From assembly GCA_041663665.1 (NCBI GenBank), contig JBAYMG010000003.1, positions 86,910-150,909 of the forward strand: a stretch of DNA of 64,000 nt. The letters run 5' to 3'. Positions 1 through 11,321 of the stretch are shown in pieces (position 1 is the first letter of the stretch; every line of letters starts with the position of its first letter). The notes under the pieces are model-generated. The model was given only the letters and a program-made list of their open reading frames with translations, was not told where the DNA came from and did no database searches. Both the position numbers and the translations under genes were made by a program. This stretch comes from Candidatus Omnitrophota bacterium. GTDB taxonomy: Bacteria > Omnitrophota > Gorgyraeia > Gygaellales > Profunditerraquicolaceae.

Positions 1-1
1 C

Positions 2-2176
2 ACTATTGCTAGCAGTGATAAGGATATTTTACAATTAGTTAATGATCGTATTTCGGTATTTAATCCCTATAAAGATGGCGGGACGCTTTATAATGTTTCC
101 GGGGTAAAAGAGTACTTTGGAGTTTTTCCTGAGGCAGTTGCAGATATTATTGCGCTTATGGGCGATGATGCAGATAATATCCCGGGGGTTCCCGGAATCG
201 GAGATAAAACCGCCCGAAAGCTGATTACTGAATTTGGTTCATTGGATAAATTGCTAAAAAATATTTCAAAAGTTGAACCTGAAAAGATAAGAGAATTAAT
301 CCAAGAGCATCTTGAGCGTATAAAATTAAATAAAGAGTTGGTTGATCTAAATCAAGATGTAGATATGAAGTTTGATTTAAAGAAAGCTAAAGTTACTCCG
401 CCGGATAATGCCCAGCTATCGCGTATTTTCAAAAGATTGGAATTTAAAAAGCTATTAGGCGGGCTTCCGGGCGCTGATGATAAAAACGTTGAAGTTAGTT
501 TATCTTCTCCCGGACAGCCAGAGCTAAGAAGCCTATTAAAGAATACTAAGGAAATTGCTATTTTTGGCTCAGGGGTTAATGATTTGTTATTTGCTCTTGA
601 TGGTAAATTATTTAGTGCTGCACCTGTCCAGGAAGATTTTGCTGTAATAATCAGCAATGAAAAAATTAAAAAAACCGGGCATGACCTGAAGAAATTGAAA
701 TTCCTTCTTTTTAAGGAGGGAATTATTTTAAATGGTTTAGATTTTGATACGATGATTGCGGCTTATTTACTGAATCCTTCGCGCGCAGGGTATGAGATTA
801 CGGATTTGGCTTTAGAAAATTTAAAGCAGTTTATTCGTGAAGATTCGTTAGAAGCTAAGGATGCTTTGGCTTTGATAGTTGAACTAAAGCCCGCGTTAAT
901 TACTGCCCTGGAAGAAAAAGGATTATTAAAATTATTTACGGAACTTGAAATGCCCCTGGTAAGCGTTTTAGCACAAATGGAGATTGACGGGATAAAATTA
1001 GATCTAAAATTACTAAAAAGTCTTTCGCGCGATTTGGAACAAAGGTTGATTAAATTGATCTTAGGTATTTATGAGTCGGCGCAAACACAGTTTAATATTA
1101 ATTCGCCTAAACAGCTGGCCCAGGTTTTGTTTGAGAAGCTTAAATTACCGGTAATTAAAAAGACTAAGACCGGATTGTCTACGGATGAAGAGGTGCTCAG
1201 GCGCCTGCAAGATAAGCACGCGTTACCGGCTCTTTTATTAGAATACCGTCAATTAACTAAATTAAAAAATACTTATGTTGATGCTTTGCCTAGATTAGTT
1301 GATTCTAAAACCGGAAGAGTGCATACTTCTTTTAACCAAACCGGAACTGAAACCGGCCGGCTTAGTTCAAGTAATCCTAATTTACAAAACATTCCGATTA
1401 AGACTGATATTGGCAGTAAAATTAGGCAGGCAATTATTGCTTCGGGAGAAAATAATTGTTTATTATCTTGTGATTATTCACAAATTGAATTAAGGGTGCT
1501 GGCGCATTTGTCCGAATGCGCTACATTAATTAAGGCCTTTAACGGCGGCCAGGATATACACTGTTTGACTGCTTCTTTAATTAATAATATTCCTGAGCCT
1601 GAGGTGAGTAACGATATGCGCGAAATAGCCAAAAGGGTTAACTTTGGTATTATTTATGGCCAAAGCGCATACGGCCTAAGTAAAGATCTAGATATTTCAA
1701 TCAATCAAGCCCAGGATTTTATTGATGCATATTTTTTGCGCTATCCGGAAGTAAAGGAATATATTGATCTGCAGATTAAAAAAGCAGAAGAGCAGGGGTT
1801 CGTGACTACGCTTTTGGGCCGAAGAAGGTATATTCCCGAGATTAATAATAAAAATATCGGCATTCGTCAGTTTGCGCAGCGTCAGGCAGTAAATACACCT
1901 ATTCAGGGCACGGCTAGTGATTTAATTAAGCTGGCAATGATCAATATATCCGAGCAAATAAAATCTAGGGGCTTGTCGGCTAAAATGATTTTACAGATTC
2001 ATGATGAATTAGTTTTTGATTTACCTTTGGTTGAGCTAGAACTTCTTAGTGGCTTAGTTAAAGATAAAATGGAAAATGTTATGCAATTAGTCGTGCCGAT
2101 AAAAGTAGACATTAAAAAAGGCGTTAATTGGTTAGAGATGTTAAGTTTCCCAGCCTCTAAAAAGGCGGCACAATGA
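2..2176 (+). CDS. polA: DNA polymerase I, 5'-truncated by the window edge (5'-3' exonuclease H3TH region through polymerase domain)
   Basis: ORF 158..2176 stays open in-frame back to nt 2, giving ..SSDKDILQLVNDRISVFNP.. ahead of the first Met. GVPGIGDKTA H3TH motif; polymerase motifs DYSQIELR and QIHDELVFD near the C-terminus. Confidence 0.9.
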   Translation, partial: TIASSDKDILQLVNDRISVFNPYKDGGTLYNVSGVKEYFGVFPEAVADIIALMGDDADNIPGVPGIGDKTARKLITEFGSLDKLLKNISKVEPEKIRELIQEHLERIKLNKELVDLNQDVDMKFDLKKAKVTPPDNAQLSRIFKRLEFKKLLGGLPGADDKNVEVSLSSPGQPELRSLLKNTKEIAIFGSGVNDLLFALDGKLFSAAPVQEDFAVIISNEKIKKTGHDLKKLKFLLFKEGIILNGLDFDTMIAAYLLNPSRAGYEITDLALENLKQFIREDSLEAKDALALIVELKPALITALEEKGLLKLFTELEMPLVSVLAQMEIDGIKLDLKLLKSLSRDLEQRLIKLILGIYESAQTQFNINSPKQLAQVLFEKLKLPVIKKTKTGLSTDEEVLRRLQDKHALPALLLEYRQLTKLKNTYVDALPRLVDSKTGRVHTSFNQTGTETGRLSSSNPNLQNIPIKTDIGSKIRQAIIASGENNCLLSCDYSQIELRVLAHLSECATLIKAFNGGQDIHCLTASLINNIPEPEVSNDMREIAKRVNFGIIYGQSAYGLSKDLDISINQAQDFIDAYFLRYPEVKEYIDLQIKKAEEQGFVTTLLGRRRYIPEINNKNIGIRQFAQRQAVNTPIQGTASDLIKLAMINISEQIKSRGLSAKMILQIHDELVFDLPLVELELLSGLVKDKMENVMQLVVPIKVDIKKGVNWLEMLSFPASKKAAQ

Positions 2177-3561
2177 AGATAGCTATGCTGGCTTCAGAGG
2201 TTGTGCCTTTTGCCAAATCCGGTGGCCTGGCCGATGTGGCTGGTGCGTTACCGTTAGCCCTTGAATACTGCGGGCATGAGGTAATTGTTATTTTACCGAA
2301 ATATAAATGTATCCTGGATACTAAATTTAAAATTAAAAGATTTTCTGCAGATGTGTCCTATTCGATTATTGGAAAAAATATTAAGGTTTATTTTATAGAA
2401 AATAGTGCTTATTTTAATCGCGATGGTTTGTATGGCGATAAGAACGGAGATTACCCGGATAATCTAGATCGGTTTGCATTTTTTTGCCGCCGGAGCATTG
2501 ACCTATTAAAAGAAATAAATTTTTGCGCGGATATTTTGCATTTACATGATTGGCAAAATTGCTTGGTGCCGGTTTATTTGAAGAGTATATATTCTGATAA
2601 AAATTTTTATAAAAAAATGAAATGTGTTTTAACTATTCATAATACCGGTTATCAGGGGATTTTTAATAAAGAAGAGTTCAGCAAGCTTGGTCTTAGCTGG
2701 GACCTTTTTGATATTAACGGCCTGGAGTTCTATGGTAAGGTCAATCTGCTGAAGGGTGGAATTATTTTTTCAGATTTTATTAATACTGTCAGCCCTACTT
2801 ATGCCCGTGAAATTCAAACCGAAGAGTTTGGTTTCGGTTTAGACGGGCTCTTTAGGCGGCGTAAGGATGTTTTAAGCGGGATATTAAATGGGGTGGATTA
2901 TTCTCTTTGGGATCCGGATATCGATAAATTTATTGCTCAGAATTTTTCTCAAACAGCAGTGGGGAATAAAGTTTCTGATAAGGAAGATTTGCAAAAAACA
3001 TGCGGTTTGCCTCCGGATAGAAACATTCCCGTTTTAGGGATTGTTTCGCGCTTAGCCCAACAAAAGGGTTTTGATATCCTTGCCGGAAGCTTGGATAAGC
3101 TTTGCAAGATGAATTTACAGTTAATAGTTTTAGGAACCGGAGATTTAAAGTACCATCAGATTCTTAAGGGTTTTGCTGATAAATATCCAGATACAATCTC
3201 CCTAAATTTGACTTTTAATGATCCTCTGGCACATAAGATTTATGCCGGAAGCGATATTTTTCTTATGCCGTCAAGCTATGAGCCTTGCGGCCTGGGGCAG
3301 TTAATCAGCTTGCGTTATGGGACAATACCTTTAGTTTTTAAGACCGGCGGTTTGGCTGATACAATAAGTGCGAAAAACGGTTTTGTTTTTTCGGATTATT
3401 CCGAAGAAGAATTGTTGAAAACAGTCAAAAAAGCGCTAACTGCTTTTGAACAAAAATCTAAATGGGGAAATTTAATCGCTAACGCAATGAAATGTAATTT
3501 CTCCTGGAAAGTTTCGGCGGATAAATATATTAAGTTATATGCTAAAGCCAAACAAGGTTAA
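2173..3561 (+). CDS. glgA: glycogen synthase (ADP-glucose type)
   Basis: N-terminal MKIAMLASEVVPFAKSGGLADVAGALP (KxGGL motif). Length 462 aa. ATGA overlap with the polA stop. Confidence 0.9.
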   Translation: MKIAMLASEVVPFAKSGGLADVAGALPLALEYCGHEVIVILPKYKCILDTKFKIKRFSADVSYSIIGKNIKVYFIENSAYFNRDGLYGDKNGDYPDNLDRFAFFCRRSIDLLKEINFCADILHLHDWQNCLVPVYLKSIYSDKNFYKKMKCVLTIHNTGYQGIFNKEEFSKLGLSWDLFDINGLEFYGKVNLLKGGIIFSDFINTVSPTYAREIQTEEFGFGLDGLFRRRKDVLSGILNGVDYSLWDPDIDKFIAQNFSQTAVGNKVSDKEDLQKTCGLPPDRNIPVLGIVSRLAQQKGFDILAGSLDKLCKMNLQLIVLGTGDLKYHQILKGFADKYPDTISLNLTFNDPLAHKIYAGSDIFLMPSSYEPCGLGQLISLRYGTIPLVFKTGGLADTISAKNGFVFSDYSEEELLKTVKKALTAFEQKSKWGNLIANAMKCNFSWKVSADKYIKLYAKAKQG

Positions 3562-4213
3562 ATTTGTTTTAGGGATTACCGGTAATATCGCCTGTGGCAA
3601 AAGCACAGTGGCAAATATGTTTAAGACAAAAGATTGCCTGTTGCTTGACGCGGATGTTTTAACGCATAAGCTACTAGCAAGCGATAAGCTGGTTTGTTCG
3701 AAGATTGTTAAGAATTTTAGCCCTAGTATTTTAAAGAGAGACAATATTATAGATCGAAAAAAGTTAGGTAAAATTGTTTTTACTGATCCATCTGCGCTAG
3801 TTAAACTTAATAGCATTGTTCATCCGTTGTTGATTAAGGAAATTAAGGGACGGATTAAAGATTCCGATAAAAGAATAATAATTTTAGATGCGGCTTTGAT
3901 TGTCGAAGCTGGCTTAACGAAAATGATTGATAAGTTGATCGTGGTTAAAGTAAAAAATAAGGCTCAACAGGTTTTACGTGCCTCAAGGAGCGGCGGATTC
4001 AGTAAGCAGGATATGGTTTTAAGAATTAAATCTCAGATTTCGCAAAACAAAAAGTTAAGTTTTGCGGATTTTATTATAGATAATAGCGGCCAAGTTAGCG
4101 AAACCCGGAAACAAGTTTTCGCAATAAGGAGGACCCTTGCCTGCTACGCCGGCAAGGATTTTACCGGACAAAATCAAGGAGGACCCTTGCCTGCTACGCC
4201 GGCAAGGATTTAA
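3539..4213 (+). CDS. coaE: dephospho-CoA kinase with a C-terminal tail encoded by the tandem repeat
   Basis: P-loop [12 protein letters not shown]. About 25 extra C-terminal residues (..[28 protein letters not shown]) are read through the 50-bp repeats. The stop TAA at 4211-4213 exists only because copy 2 carries a T->A change. Confidence 0.8.
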   Translation: MLKPNKVKFVLGITGNIACGKSTVANMFKTKDCLLLDADVLTHKLLASDKLVCSKIVKNFSPSILKRDNIIDRKKLGKIVFTDPSALVKLNSIVHPLLIKEIKGRIKDSDKRIIILDAALIVEAGLTKMIDKLIVVKVKNKAQQVLRASRSGGFSKQDMVLRIKSQISQNKKLSFADFIIDNSGQVSETRKQVFAIRRTLACYAGKDFTGQNQGGPLPATPARI

Positions 4214-4282
4214 CCGGACAAAATCAAGGAGGACCCTTGCCTGCTACGCCGGCAAGGATTTTACCGGACAAAATCAAGGAGG
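4128..4282. repeat. 50-bp direct tandem repeat, about 3.1 copies; GC-rich (about 54% GC); each unit has an AAGGAGGA SD-like box and a 7-bp-stem hairpin (CCTTGCC..GGCAAGG)
   Basis: Unit ggaggacccttgcctgctacgccggcaaggattttaccggacaaaatcaa begins at 4128, 4178 and 4228, with a partial fourth copy (aaatcaaggagga) to 4282. The only difference is a single T->A at 4212. Confidence 0.95.
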
Positions 4283-4287
4283 AAGTT

Positions 4288-5547
4288 GTGGAAAAGTTAG
4301 ATATAAAAATTCTTAAAGATACAAAGATTAGCGATTTAAATAAGCTTGCCAAGGAGCTAAATGCAAATGGTACCAGTGGCTTAAAAAAACAAGATCTGAT
4401 TTTTAAAATACTTCAGGCTCAGGCGGAAAAGGAAGGGTTAATGTTTGGTGAAGGAGTGCTTGAAATTCTCCCTGAGGGTTTTGGTTTTTTAAGAAGCCCT
4501 AATTATAACTATCTGCCTTGCCCGGATGATATTTATATTTCTCCGTCTCAAATCAGGAAATTTGAATTACGCACCGGAGATACGGTTAGCGGACAAATTC
4601 GTCCTCCCAAGGAAGGAGAGAAATATTTTGCCTTGCTTAAGGTTGAAGCCGTCAATTTTGAGAATCCTGAGGAAGTAAAGGAGAAAGTACTTTTCGACAA
4701 TCTTACCCCGGTTTATCCCCGAGCTGCTTTTAATATGGAAACTAAGCCGGATGAGGTATCGATGCGCATTATGAGCTTACTTACTCCTATTGGCCGCGGC
4801 CAGCGTGGTTTAATCGTTGCTCAACCTTATAGCGGAAAAACTGTTCTGTTGCAGAAGATCGCCAATGCGATTACTACTAATAATCCGGATGTAATTCTTA
4901 TTGTTTTGCTTATCGATGAGCGTCCGGAGGAAGTTACCGATATGCAGCGTAATGTTAAAGGCGAAGTAATTTCTTCTACTTTTGATGAGCCGCCGGAAAG
5001 GCATGTGCAGGTTGCTGAGATTGTTTTAGAGAAAGCCAAGCGTTTAGTTGAACATAAACGTGATGTAGTAGTCCTTTTAGATAGTATTACCCGTTTAGCG
5101 CGTGCCTACAACTCAGTGGTGCCGCACAGCGGCAAGGTGCTCTCGGGCGGTATTGATTCCAATGCTTTACAGAAACCAAAAAGATTCTTTGGAGCCGCTC
5201 GTGCGGTAGATGAAGGCGGAAGTTTAACTATTATTGCTACGGCTTTAGTTGATACCGGCAGCCGCATGGATGAAGTTATCTTTGAAGAATTTAAAGGCAC
5301 CGGAAATATGGAGACGCAGTTAGATCGCAACCTCTTTCAGCGCAGAATTTATCCGGCGATTGATATTAAACGTTCCAATACCCGCCATGAGGAGCTTTTA
5401 GTTAAACCGGATGTGTTGCAGAAGACATGGATCTTGCGTAAAGTTTTAAATGAGTTAAATAATGTAGAGGCAATGGAGTTATTGATTGAAAAATTAGCTA
5501 AGACTAAAAATAATGAAGATTTTTTAAACAGCATGAACCAGAAATAA
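4288..5547 (+). CDS. rho: transcription termination factor Rho
   Basis: Reading from GTG 4288 (SD GGAGG 5 nt upstream) gives [25 protein letters not shown].., which aligns to the canonical Rho N-terminus. RNA-binding and ATPase domains follow (..[28 protein letters not shown].., P-loop region). An alternative TTG at 4237, the ORF-track start, lies inside repeat copy 3 and also has an SD. Confidence 0.9.
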   Translation: MEKLDIKILKDTKISDLNKLAKELNANGTSGLKKQDLIFKILQAQAEKEGLMFGEGVLEILPEGFGFLRSPNYNYLPCPDDIYISPSQIRKFELRTGDTVSGQIRPPKEGEKYFALLKVEAVNFENPEEVKEKVLFDNLTPVYPRAAFNMETKPDEVSMRIMSLLTPIGRGQRGLIVAQPYSGKTVLLQKIANAITTNNPDVILIVLLIDERPEEVTDMQRNVKGEVISSTFDEPPERHVQVAEIVLEKAKRLVEHKRDVVVLLDSITRLARAYNSVVPHSGKVLSGGIDSNALQKPKRFFGAARAVDEGGSLTIIATALVDTGSRMDEVIFEEFKGTGNMETQLDRNLFQRRIYPAIDIKRSNTRHEELLVKPDVLQKTWILRKVLNELNNVEAMELLIEKLAKTKNNEDFLNSMNQK

Positions 5548-5560
5548 AAAGGAGAATGAA

Positions 5561-5761
5561 ATGAAAGAAAAAGTACACCCTGATTACAAAGAAAGCACAA
5601 TTATCTGTGCTTGCGGTGAAACAGTGCATACCCGTTCAACTAAACCCAGTATCCGCGTTGAAATTTGTTCAAAATGCCATCCATTCTTTACTGGAAAGCA
5701 GAAACTGGTCGATTCTGCCGGAAGAGTGGATAAGTTTATGAAAAAGTATAACAAAAAATAA
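5561..5761 (+). CDS. rpmE: 50S ribosomal protein L31
   Basis: 66 aa, [41 protein letters not shown], the zinc-ribbon L31 signature. SD AAGGAG upstream. Confidence 0.9.
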   Translation: MKEKVHPDYKESTIICACGETVHTRSTKPSIRVEICSKCHPFFTGKQKLVDSAGRVDKFMKKYNKK

Positions 5762-5857
5762 GTTAAGATTTAACTTATAGATTGCGAAAACAGAATAAAA
5801 GCTGAATGTGTTTATTTGTGTCTTCGTATTCGGTAGTCTTAGAAGAGGGTTTAGAAA

Positions 5858-6925
5858 ATCAAAAAAAGAATAGAACAATTAGAGAGGCTGACCTTACGTT
5901 ACTCAGAGCTTGAGTATCTTTTAGCTAGCGACGAGCAAATGGCTGACCGGCAGTTATATAACCAGTTAGCTAAAGAGCTTTCGGATATTAAAGATGCCGT
6001 ATCTTTGTTTGCTGAATATAAAGATTTACTTAAGCAAACAGATGATCTTGAGGTTGTGCTTTTAGAAAAGCATGATAAGGATTTTCTCGAATTGGCTAAA
6101 GAGGAATTTAAGAGTTTAGAAATAAAAAAAACCGAGAAGGAATCTCAGTTAAAAAAAATCCTTGCCGGAGAAGATAAGGATGCCGGTCGTAATTGTATCA
6201 TCGAGATCAGGCAGGGTACCGGGGGAGACGAGGCTGGTTTGTTTGCGGCCGACCTTTACCGGATGTATTCTAAGTATGCGGCAATCAAAAATTGGACAAT
6301 CGAACTGATGTCTTCCAGTGTTAATGAAGCTGGAGGAATTAAGGAAGTAGTTTTTGGCGTTAAAGGTAAGGATTCTTTTCGTTGTCTTAAATTTGAAAGC
6401 GGAGTGCATCGCGTACAGCGGGTGCCAGCTACTGAAGCTCAAGGGAGAATTCATACTTCGACTGCGACGGTTGCGGTATTAGTTGAACCGGAAGAGGTAG
6501 ACCTGATAATTGAATCCAAAGACTTAAGAATTGATACTTATCGCTCAAGCGGCCCGGGCGGGCAGCATATGCAAAAAACTGACTCGGCAGTCAGGATTAC
6601 GCATATTCCAAGCGGTACAGTGGTAGCTTGCCAGGATGAACGTTCGCAAATTAAGAACCGGGCTAAGGCAATGAGAGTTTTGCGTGCCAGAATTTTAGAG
6701 GAAAAAGTTGAAGCTGAGGCTAAAAAATTGTCGAGCGCAAGAAAAGTGCAAATTGGAACCGGTGACCGTAGTGAAAAAATTCGTACTTATAATTTTCCTG
6801 ACCGCCGGGTTACCGATCACAGGATAAATTTTACTTCACATCAATTAGAGGCAATTTTTGAAGGGCAATTGGATGAGCTTTTTGAGGCTTTATTAAAAGC
6901 AGAATCAGATAAGAAAAATGAATGA
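5858..6925 (+). CDS. prfA: peptide chain release factor 1 (start codon uncertain, probably non-canonical ATC at 5858; first ATG is at 5939)
   Basis: GGQ motif ([16 protein letters not shown]), RF1-type PAT tripeptide ([14 protein letters not shown]). The conserved N-terminal helix (..[24 protein letters not shown]) is encoded in-frame upstream of the first ATG, back to the TAG at 5852. Confidence 0.85.
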   Translation: MKKRIEQLERLTLRYSELEYLLASDEQMADRQLYNQLAKELSDIKDAVSLFAEYKDLLKQTDDLEVVLLEKHDKDFLELAKEEFKSLEIKKTEKESQLKKILAGEDKDAGRNCIIEIRQGTGGDEAGLFAADLYRMYSKYAAIKNWTIELMSSSVNEAGGIKEVVFGVKGKDSFRCLKFESGVHRVQRVPATEAQGRIHTSTATVAVLVEPEEVDLIIESKDLRIDTYRSSGPGGQHMQKTDSAVRITHIPSGTVVACQDERSQIKNRAKAMRVLRARILEEKVEAEAKKLSSARKVQIGTGDRSEKIRTYNFPDRRVTDHRINFTSHQLEAIFEGQLDELFEALLKAESDKKNE

Positions 6926-7700
6926 GGCGGAATTAGTCTTTAGCTGTGTTTTAAATTGCGATCGGTTATCTTTGTATTTGAACAAGAATATCAGGCTGGA
7001 TAAAAATAAATCCGTCTTAATCTCTAATATACTAAGACGTAGAATTTCCGGAGAGCCTCTGCAGTATATTTTAGGAAAAACTGAATTTATGGGCTATGAA
7101 TTTAAAATAGATCGGCGCGCGCTTATTCCCAGGCCTGAGACGGAGATTTTAGTTGGTGCAGTGATTAAAGAATTGGGTTCGCTTGAATTATCTTCAAAAA
7201 TTTTAGATCTTTGTACGGGTTCCGGATGTATTGCTGTGTCAATAGCTAAAATATTACCGCAATCAACTGTTTGGGCAATTGATTTATCAGTTCAAGCTTT
7301 AGCTTTAGCTCGCGAGAATGCCAGCTTGAATGGAGTAGAGGTTAAATTCTTACACAGTGATCTTTTTAGCGTTTTAAAAAATACTCAGGAAAAATTTGAT
7401 CTGATTGTCAGTAATCCGCCTTATGTTGCAACTTCCCAATTAGCTGGCCTATCGCGCGAAATTGCCTTTGAGCCAGAAGAGGCCTTAGAGGCGGGTATTG
7501 ATGGATCAGATTTTTACCGGCAGATAATCAGTGAAGCAGGAGTATATTTGAATGATAATGGTTTTTTGGCTTTCGAGGTAGGTATTCATCAGGCTGATTT
7601 TGTTAAGGAGATGCTTAGTATAAATTTTAGTGATATAAGAATAATTAAAGATTATAATAATATTCAGCGTGTAGTAATTGCCAAGAAAAGGATGCTTTAA
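6918..7700 (+). CDS. prmC: release factor glutamine N5-methyltransferase (HemK/PrmC)
   Basis: NPPY motif ([12 protein letters not shown]) and SAM-binding [11 protein letters not shown]. Sits next to prfA as in most bacteria. Confidence 0.85.
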   Translation: MNEAELVFSCVLNCDRLSLYLNKNIRLDKNKSVLISNILRRRISGEPLQYILGKTEFMGYEFKIDRRALIPRPETEILVGAVIKELGSLELSSKILDLCTGSGCIAVSIAKILPQSTVWAIDLSVQALALARENASLNGVEVKFLHSDLFSVLKNTQEKFDLIVSNPPYVATSQLAGLSREIAFEPEEALEAGIDGSDFYRQIISEAGVYLNDNGFLAFEVGIHQADFVKEMLSINFSDIRIIKDYNNIQRVVIAKKRML

Positions 7701-7701
7701 G

Positions 7702-8964
7702 ATGGATAAATTGGTTATTGAGGGTGGAGTAAAATTAAAAGGCGAAGTTACGGTTTCCGGAGCCAAGAATGCAGTACTACCAATATTAGCGGCGACTTTG
7801 CTCACTGATGAACCGTGCGTAATTAAAGGTGTGCCTAACTTACGTGATACTAATAGTATGCTTAAAATTTTACGCTCATTGGGTAAGATTGCCGAATTTG
7901 ATAAGGGCAGGGTCAGTATCTGTGCCGGTAAAGCTACAAATTATATTGCTGAATATAAATTAGTTTCAACTATGCGTGCTTCCTTCTGTGTTTTGGGCCC
8001 GCTTTTAGGTAAATTAAAGAAAGCCAAAGTTTCTCTCCCCGGGGGATGTGTTATCGGTGTGCGCCCGGTTGATCTGCATTTAAAAGGTATTAAGGCCTTA
8101 GGTGCTGATATTAGTGTTGATGGCGGTTACGTGATAGCTAAGACAAATAAATTGCAGGGTGCTTATGTTTATCTCGGAGGAGTTTACGGTTCTTCAGTTT
8201 TAGCTACCGATAATGTTATGATGGCTGCTGTTTTAGCCACTGGTAAAACAGTGATTGAATCTGCGGCTTGTGAACCGGAAGTGGTGGATCTAGCGGAATT
8301 TTTAATTAAAATGGGGGCAAAAATTAAAGGCCAGGGTACTCCGGTAATTGAAATTGAAGGGGTTAAGGGTTTACATGGCGCAGTACATTCGATTATCCCT
8401 GATCGCATTGAGGCCGGGACATTGATTCTAGCTGCTTTAATTACCGGAGGTGATGTTTTAATTAAAAATGTACAACCTAAACATCTGGGCGCTTTGCTTG
8501 ATAAATTAACTGAAGCTGGTGCACAGATTACGCGTTACGAACAAGCTCTGCATGTTAAGGGAGGTAAAAAGCTAAAAGCAGTAAACATCACTACGCTTCC
8601 TTATCCGGGATTCCCGACTGATATGCAGGCGCAGATGATGAGTTTAATGTCAGTAACCGGCGGAATAAGCGTAATTACTGAGAAAATTTATCCGGACAGG
8701 TTTATGCATGTATCTGAGCTTAACCGAATGGGTGCACAAATTCAAAGGGAAGGCCCGCATGCTATTGTTGAGGGGGTTAAAAATTTAAGCGGCGCTCCGG
8801 TTATGGCTAGTGATTTACGTGCTTCTGCCGGTTTAGTTTTGGCTGGTTTAGCTGCCCGCGGGAAGACATCCATTTCAAGGATTTATCATTTAGAGCGCGG
8901 CTATGAATTCATTGAAAAGAAATTAACGAATTTAGGTGCTAAAGTTTGGAGAGAAAAAGAATGA
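7702..8964 (+). CDS. murA: UDP-N-acetylglucosamine 1-carboxyvinyltransferase
   Basis: [34 protein letters not shown] start; active-site Cys in [21 protein letters not shown] upstream of ATG 7702. Confidence 0.9.
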   Translation: MDKLVIEGGVKLKGEVTVSGAKNAVLPILAATLLTDEPCVIKGVPNLRDTNSMLKILRSLGKIAEFDKGRVSICAGKATNYIAEYKLVSTMRASFCVLGPLLGKLKKAKVSLPGGCVIGVRPVDLHLKGIKALGADISVDGGYVIAKTNKLQGAYVYLGGVYGSSVLATDNVMMAAVLATGKTVIESAACEPEVVDLAEFLIKMGAKIKGQGTPVIEIEGVKGLHGAVHSIIPDRIEAGTLILAALITGGDVLIKNVQPKHLGALLDKLTEAGAQITRYEQALHVKGGKKLKAVNITTLPYPGFPTDMQAQMMSLMSVTGGISVITEKIYPDRFMHVSELNRMGAQIQREGPHAIVEGVKNLSGAPVMASDLRASAGLVLAGLAARGKTSISRIYHLERGYEFIEKKLTNLGAKVWREKE

Positions 8965-9527
8965 TCTTGATGATTGATAATTATGATTCTTTTACTTATA
9001 ACCTCGTGCAATATTTTGGAGAACTGGGCCAGCAGGTTAGGGTTTTTCGTAATGACCTGCTGACAATTAAGGATATTAAAAAAATCAATCCGGATAGAAT
9101 TGTTATTTCTCCCGGGCCAGGCAGGCCGGAAGATGCGGGTATTTCTTGTGAAGTTATCGGCCAATTTTGCGGTAAGATTCCTATTTTAGGCGTTTGCCTC
9201 GGGCATCAGGCAATCGGTTATTTTTTTGGGGGTAAAATTGTCCAGGCCAAAAGGTTGATGCATGGCAAGACTTCAAAAATTTATCATAATAAAAAAGAAA
9301 TTTTTAAAAATATATCTAATCCTTTTTTAGCTACACGTTATCACTCTCTATTGGTAGATAAAAAAAGTTTACCCGCCTGCCTTGAAATAACTGCTTATAC
9401 AGCCGAAGATGAGATTATGGGGTTAAAACATAAAGAGTATCCTGTTTGGGGAGTGCAGTTTCATCCGGAGTCTATACTTACTAAAAGCGGCAAGCAAATA
9501 TTGGATAATTTTCTTAAGGTAAAATGA
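8961..9527 (+). CDS. trpG: anthranilate synthase component II / glutamine amidotransferase (TrpG/PabA type)
   Basis: [19 protein letters not shown].., catalytic GVCLGHQ and HPES motifs. ATGA overlap with the murA stop. Confidence 0.85.
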   Translation: MILMIDNYDSFTYNLVQYFGELGQQVRVFRNDLLTIKDIKKINPDRIVISPGPGRPEDAGISCEVIGQFCGKIPILGVCLGHQAIGYFFGGKIVQAKRLMHGKTSKIYHNKKEIFKNISNPFLATRYHSLLVDKKSLPACLEITAYTAEDEIMGLKHKEYPVWGVQFHPESILTKSGKQILDNFLKVK

Positions 9528-10531
9528 TTAAAGATCTTATCAGGCAGCTGGTTAATAAAAAAGATTTAACTGCTGGGCAGATGCAGCAGGTAATGCAGTG
9601 GATATTAAGCGGTGATGCCGATGAGGCGGATATTGTTAATTTCTTAACTTCGTTGAATGAAAAAGGCCAGACAGTTGAGGAGATAACCGCTGCAGTAACC
9701 GAAATGCTTAAATACGTTCAGCCGATTATTGTTGACCGCCCGAATATCCTGGATACCTGCGGTACCGGTGGAGATAGAAAGGGGACTTTTAATATATCAA
9801 CTATTTCCGCATTGGTCGCCAGCGGGGCAGGGGTAACTGTGGCTAAGCATGGCAATCGGTCGGTTTCCAGCAAATGCGGTAGTGCTGACATTTTAGAAGC
9901 TTTGGGTGTTAATATAAATATGGACCAGGCAAAAATTAAGCAATGCCTGGAAGAGATTGGTATTGCATTTCTATTTGCGCCCAAGCTTCATTTGGCAATG
10001 AACTCCGTTATGCAGGCGCGAAAAAAAATTGCCCAAAAGACCATTTTCAATATTTTAGGGCCTTTAATTAATCCGGCACGTGCTACTAATCAGTTAATCG
10101 GGGTATATTCCAAGGAATGGGTAAAGCCTCTGGCGCAAGTTTTGCATAATTTAGGTTCAAAACATATTTTAGTAGTGCATGGCGCTGATGGTTTAGATGA
10201 GGTAACTACCGCTGATAAAACTTTTGTTTCTGAGGTGAAAGAAGGGGCATTAAAAGATTATGAAATAAGGCCGGAAGAGTTTGGCCTGACTAGGGCTAAG
10301 GCCGCTGATTTAAAAGGAGGCTCGATTCAGGAGAATGTTAAGATTGCTCAGGATATATTGGCCGGTAAATCAGGCAGGGCCAGGGATATTGTTTTATTGA
10401 ATTCCGCTTGCGCTATTTATGCTGCCGATAAAATTAGTACCATTGCTGAGGGAATAATACTTGCTAAAAAATCAATTGATTCCGGAGCAGCCATGGCGAA
10501 GCTTGAGTTATTAAAGGAGTATTCACAATAA
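9524..10531 (+). CDS. trpD: anthranilate phosphoribosyltransferase
   Basis: [49 protein letters not shown] signature. Confidence 0.9.
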   Translation: MIKDLIRQLVNKKDLTAGQMQQVMQWILSGDADEADIVNFLTSLNEKGQTVEEITAAVTEMLKYVQPIIVDRPNILDTCGTGGDRKGTFNISTISALVASGAGVTVAKHGNRSVSSKCGSADILEALGVNINMDQAKIKQCLEEIGIAFLFAPKLHLAMNSVMQARKKIAQKTIFNILGPLINPARATNQLIGVYSKEWVKPLAQVLHNLGSKHILVVHGADGLDEVTTADKTFVSEVKEGALKDYEIRPEEFGLTRAKAADLKGGSIQENVKIAQDILAGKSGRARDIVLLNSACAIYAADKISTIAEGIILAKKSIDSGAAMAKLELLKEYSQ

Positions 10532-10532
10532 A

Positions 10533-11321
10533 ATGGCTAAAATCGATACGCTCAAAGCGATTGTTGCAAAGAAGAAAGAAAGAATTATTTTAGCTAAACA
10601 AGAGTTAAGCGAAGATGATTTGAAGTTAAAGATAGCCGGCTTACCACCTGCCCGGCCTTTCAAAGAAGCAATCAGTAAACCGCGCCAGATTTCGCTTATT
10701 GCTGAAATTAAACAATCATCGCCTTCTAAAGGATTAATCCGGCAGGATTTTAATTTAGGAGAAATAGCCCAGGCATATCAGGACTCAGGCGCACAGGCAA
10801 TTTCCGTATTGACGGAAGAGGATTTTTTTAATGGTAGTCCCGGATATTTAAACCAGGTAAAAAGCATATTTAACGGCCCGGTTTTAAGGAAAGATTTTAT
10901 TCTGGAAAGTTATCAGGTTTATGAATCGCGTTATTTAGGTGCGGATGCGATTTTGTTGATTGCGGATTTATTGACTAAGGATAAGTTGGTTGAATTAATG
11001 CAAATTGCCGACAGCCTGGGGCTGGATTACTTGGTTGAGGTGCACGATGAAAAAGAGTTAAAAAAAGTGTTGAGTTTAAAAGTTCCAATTATTGGAATTA
11101 ATAACCGTAACCTCAAGACACTGGAGGTTGATTTCAAGACTACGGAAAAATTATTTACTTTGGTGCCTAAAGATAAGATAGTAGTTGTTGAGAGCGGGAT
11201 AAAAAACTCTCAAGATGTTTTATTTTTAAAAATTCTTGGCGCTAGCGCGATATTGATCGGTACTGTTTTTATGGAAGCTTCTGGTATAAAGCAAAAAGTA
11301 GAAGAGGTAATGGGGTGGTAA
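10533..11321 (+). CDS. trpC: indole-3-glycerol-phosphate synthase
   Basis: IAEIKQSSPSKG, LRKDFI and INNRNLKT motifs. SD AAGGAG 12 nt upstream. Confidence 0.9.
   Translation: MAKIDTLKAIVAKKKERIILAKQELSEDDLKLKIAGLPPARPFKEAISKPRQISLIAEIKQSSPSKGLIRQDFNLGEIAQAYQDSGAQAISVLTEEDFFNGSPGYLNQVKSIFNGPVLRKDFILESYQVYESRYLGADAILLIADLLTKDKLVELMQIADSLGLDYLVEVHDEKELKKVLSLKVPIIGINNRNLKTLEVDFKTTEKLFTLVPKDKIVVVESGIKNSQDVLFLKILGASAILIGTVFMEASGIKQKVEEVMGW

Noticed and set aside
352-657. Antisense or alternative-frame ORFs in the track (e.g. 352..657-, 1299..1493+, 4810..5039-, 6149..6454-, 28704..29039-, 33656..34096-, 55604..56116-)
   Set aside because: All lie wholly inside strongly supported conserved genes on the other strand or frame. 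They have low-complexity translations and no SD. They are shadow ORFs.
5757-5781. AT-only 8-bp-stem hairpin (TAAGTTAA-gat-TTAACTTA) after rpmE considered as a terminator
   Set aside because: The stem is entirely A/T and there is no U-tract. Unlikely to terminate efficiently.
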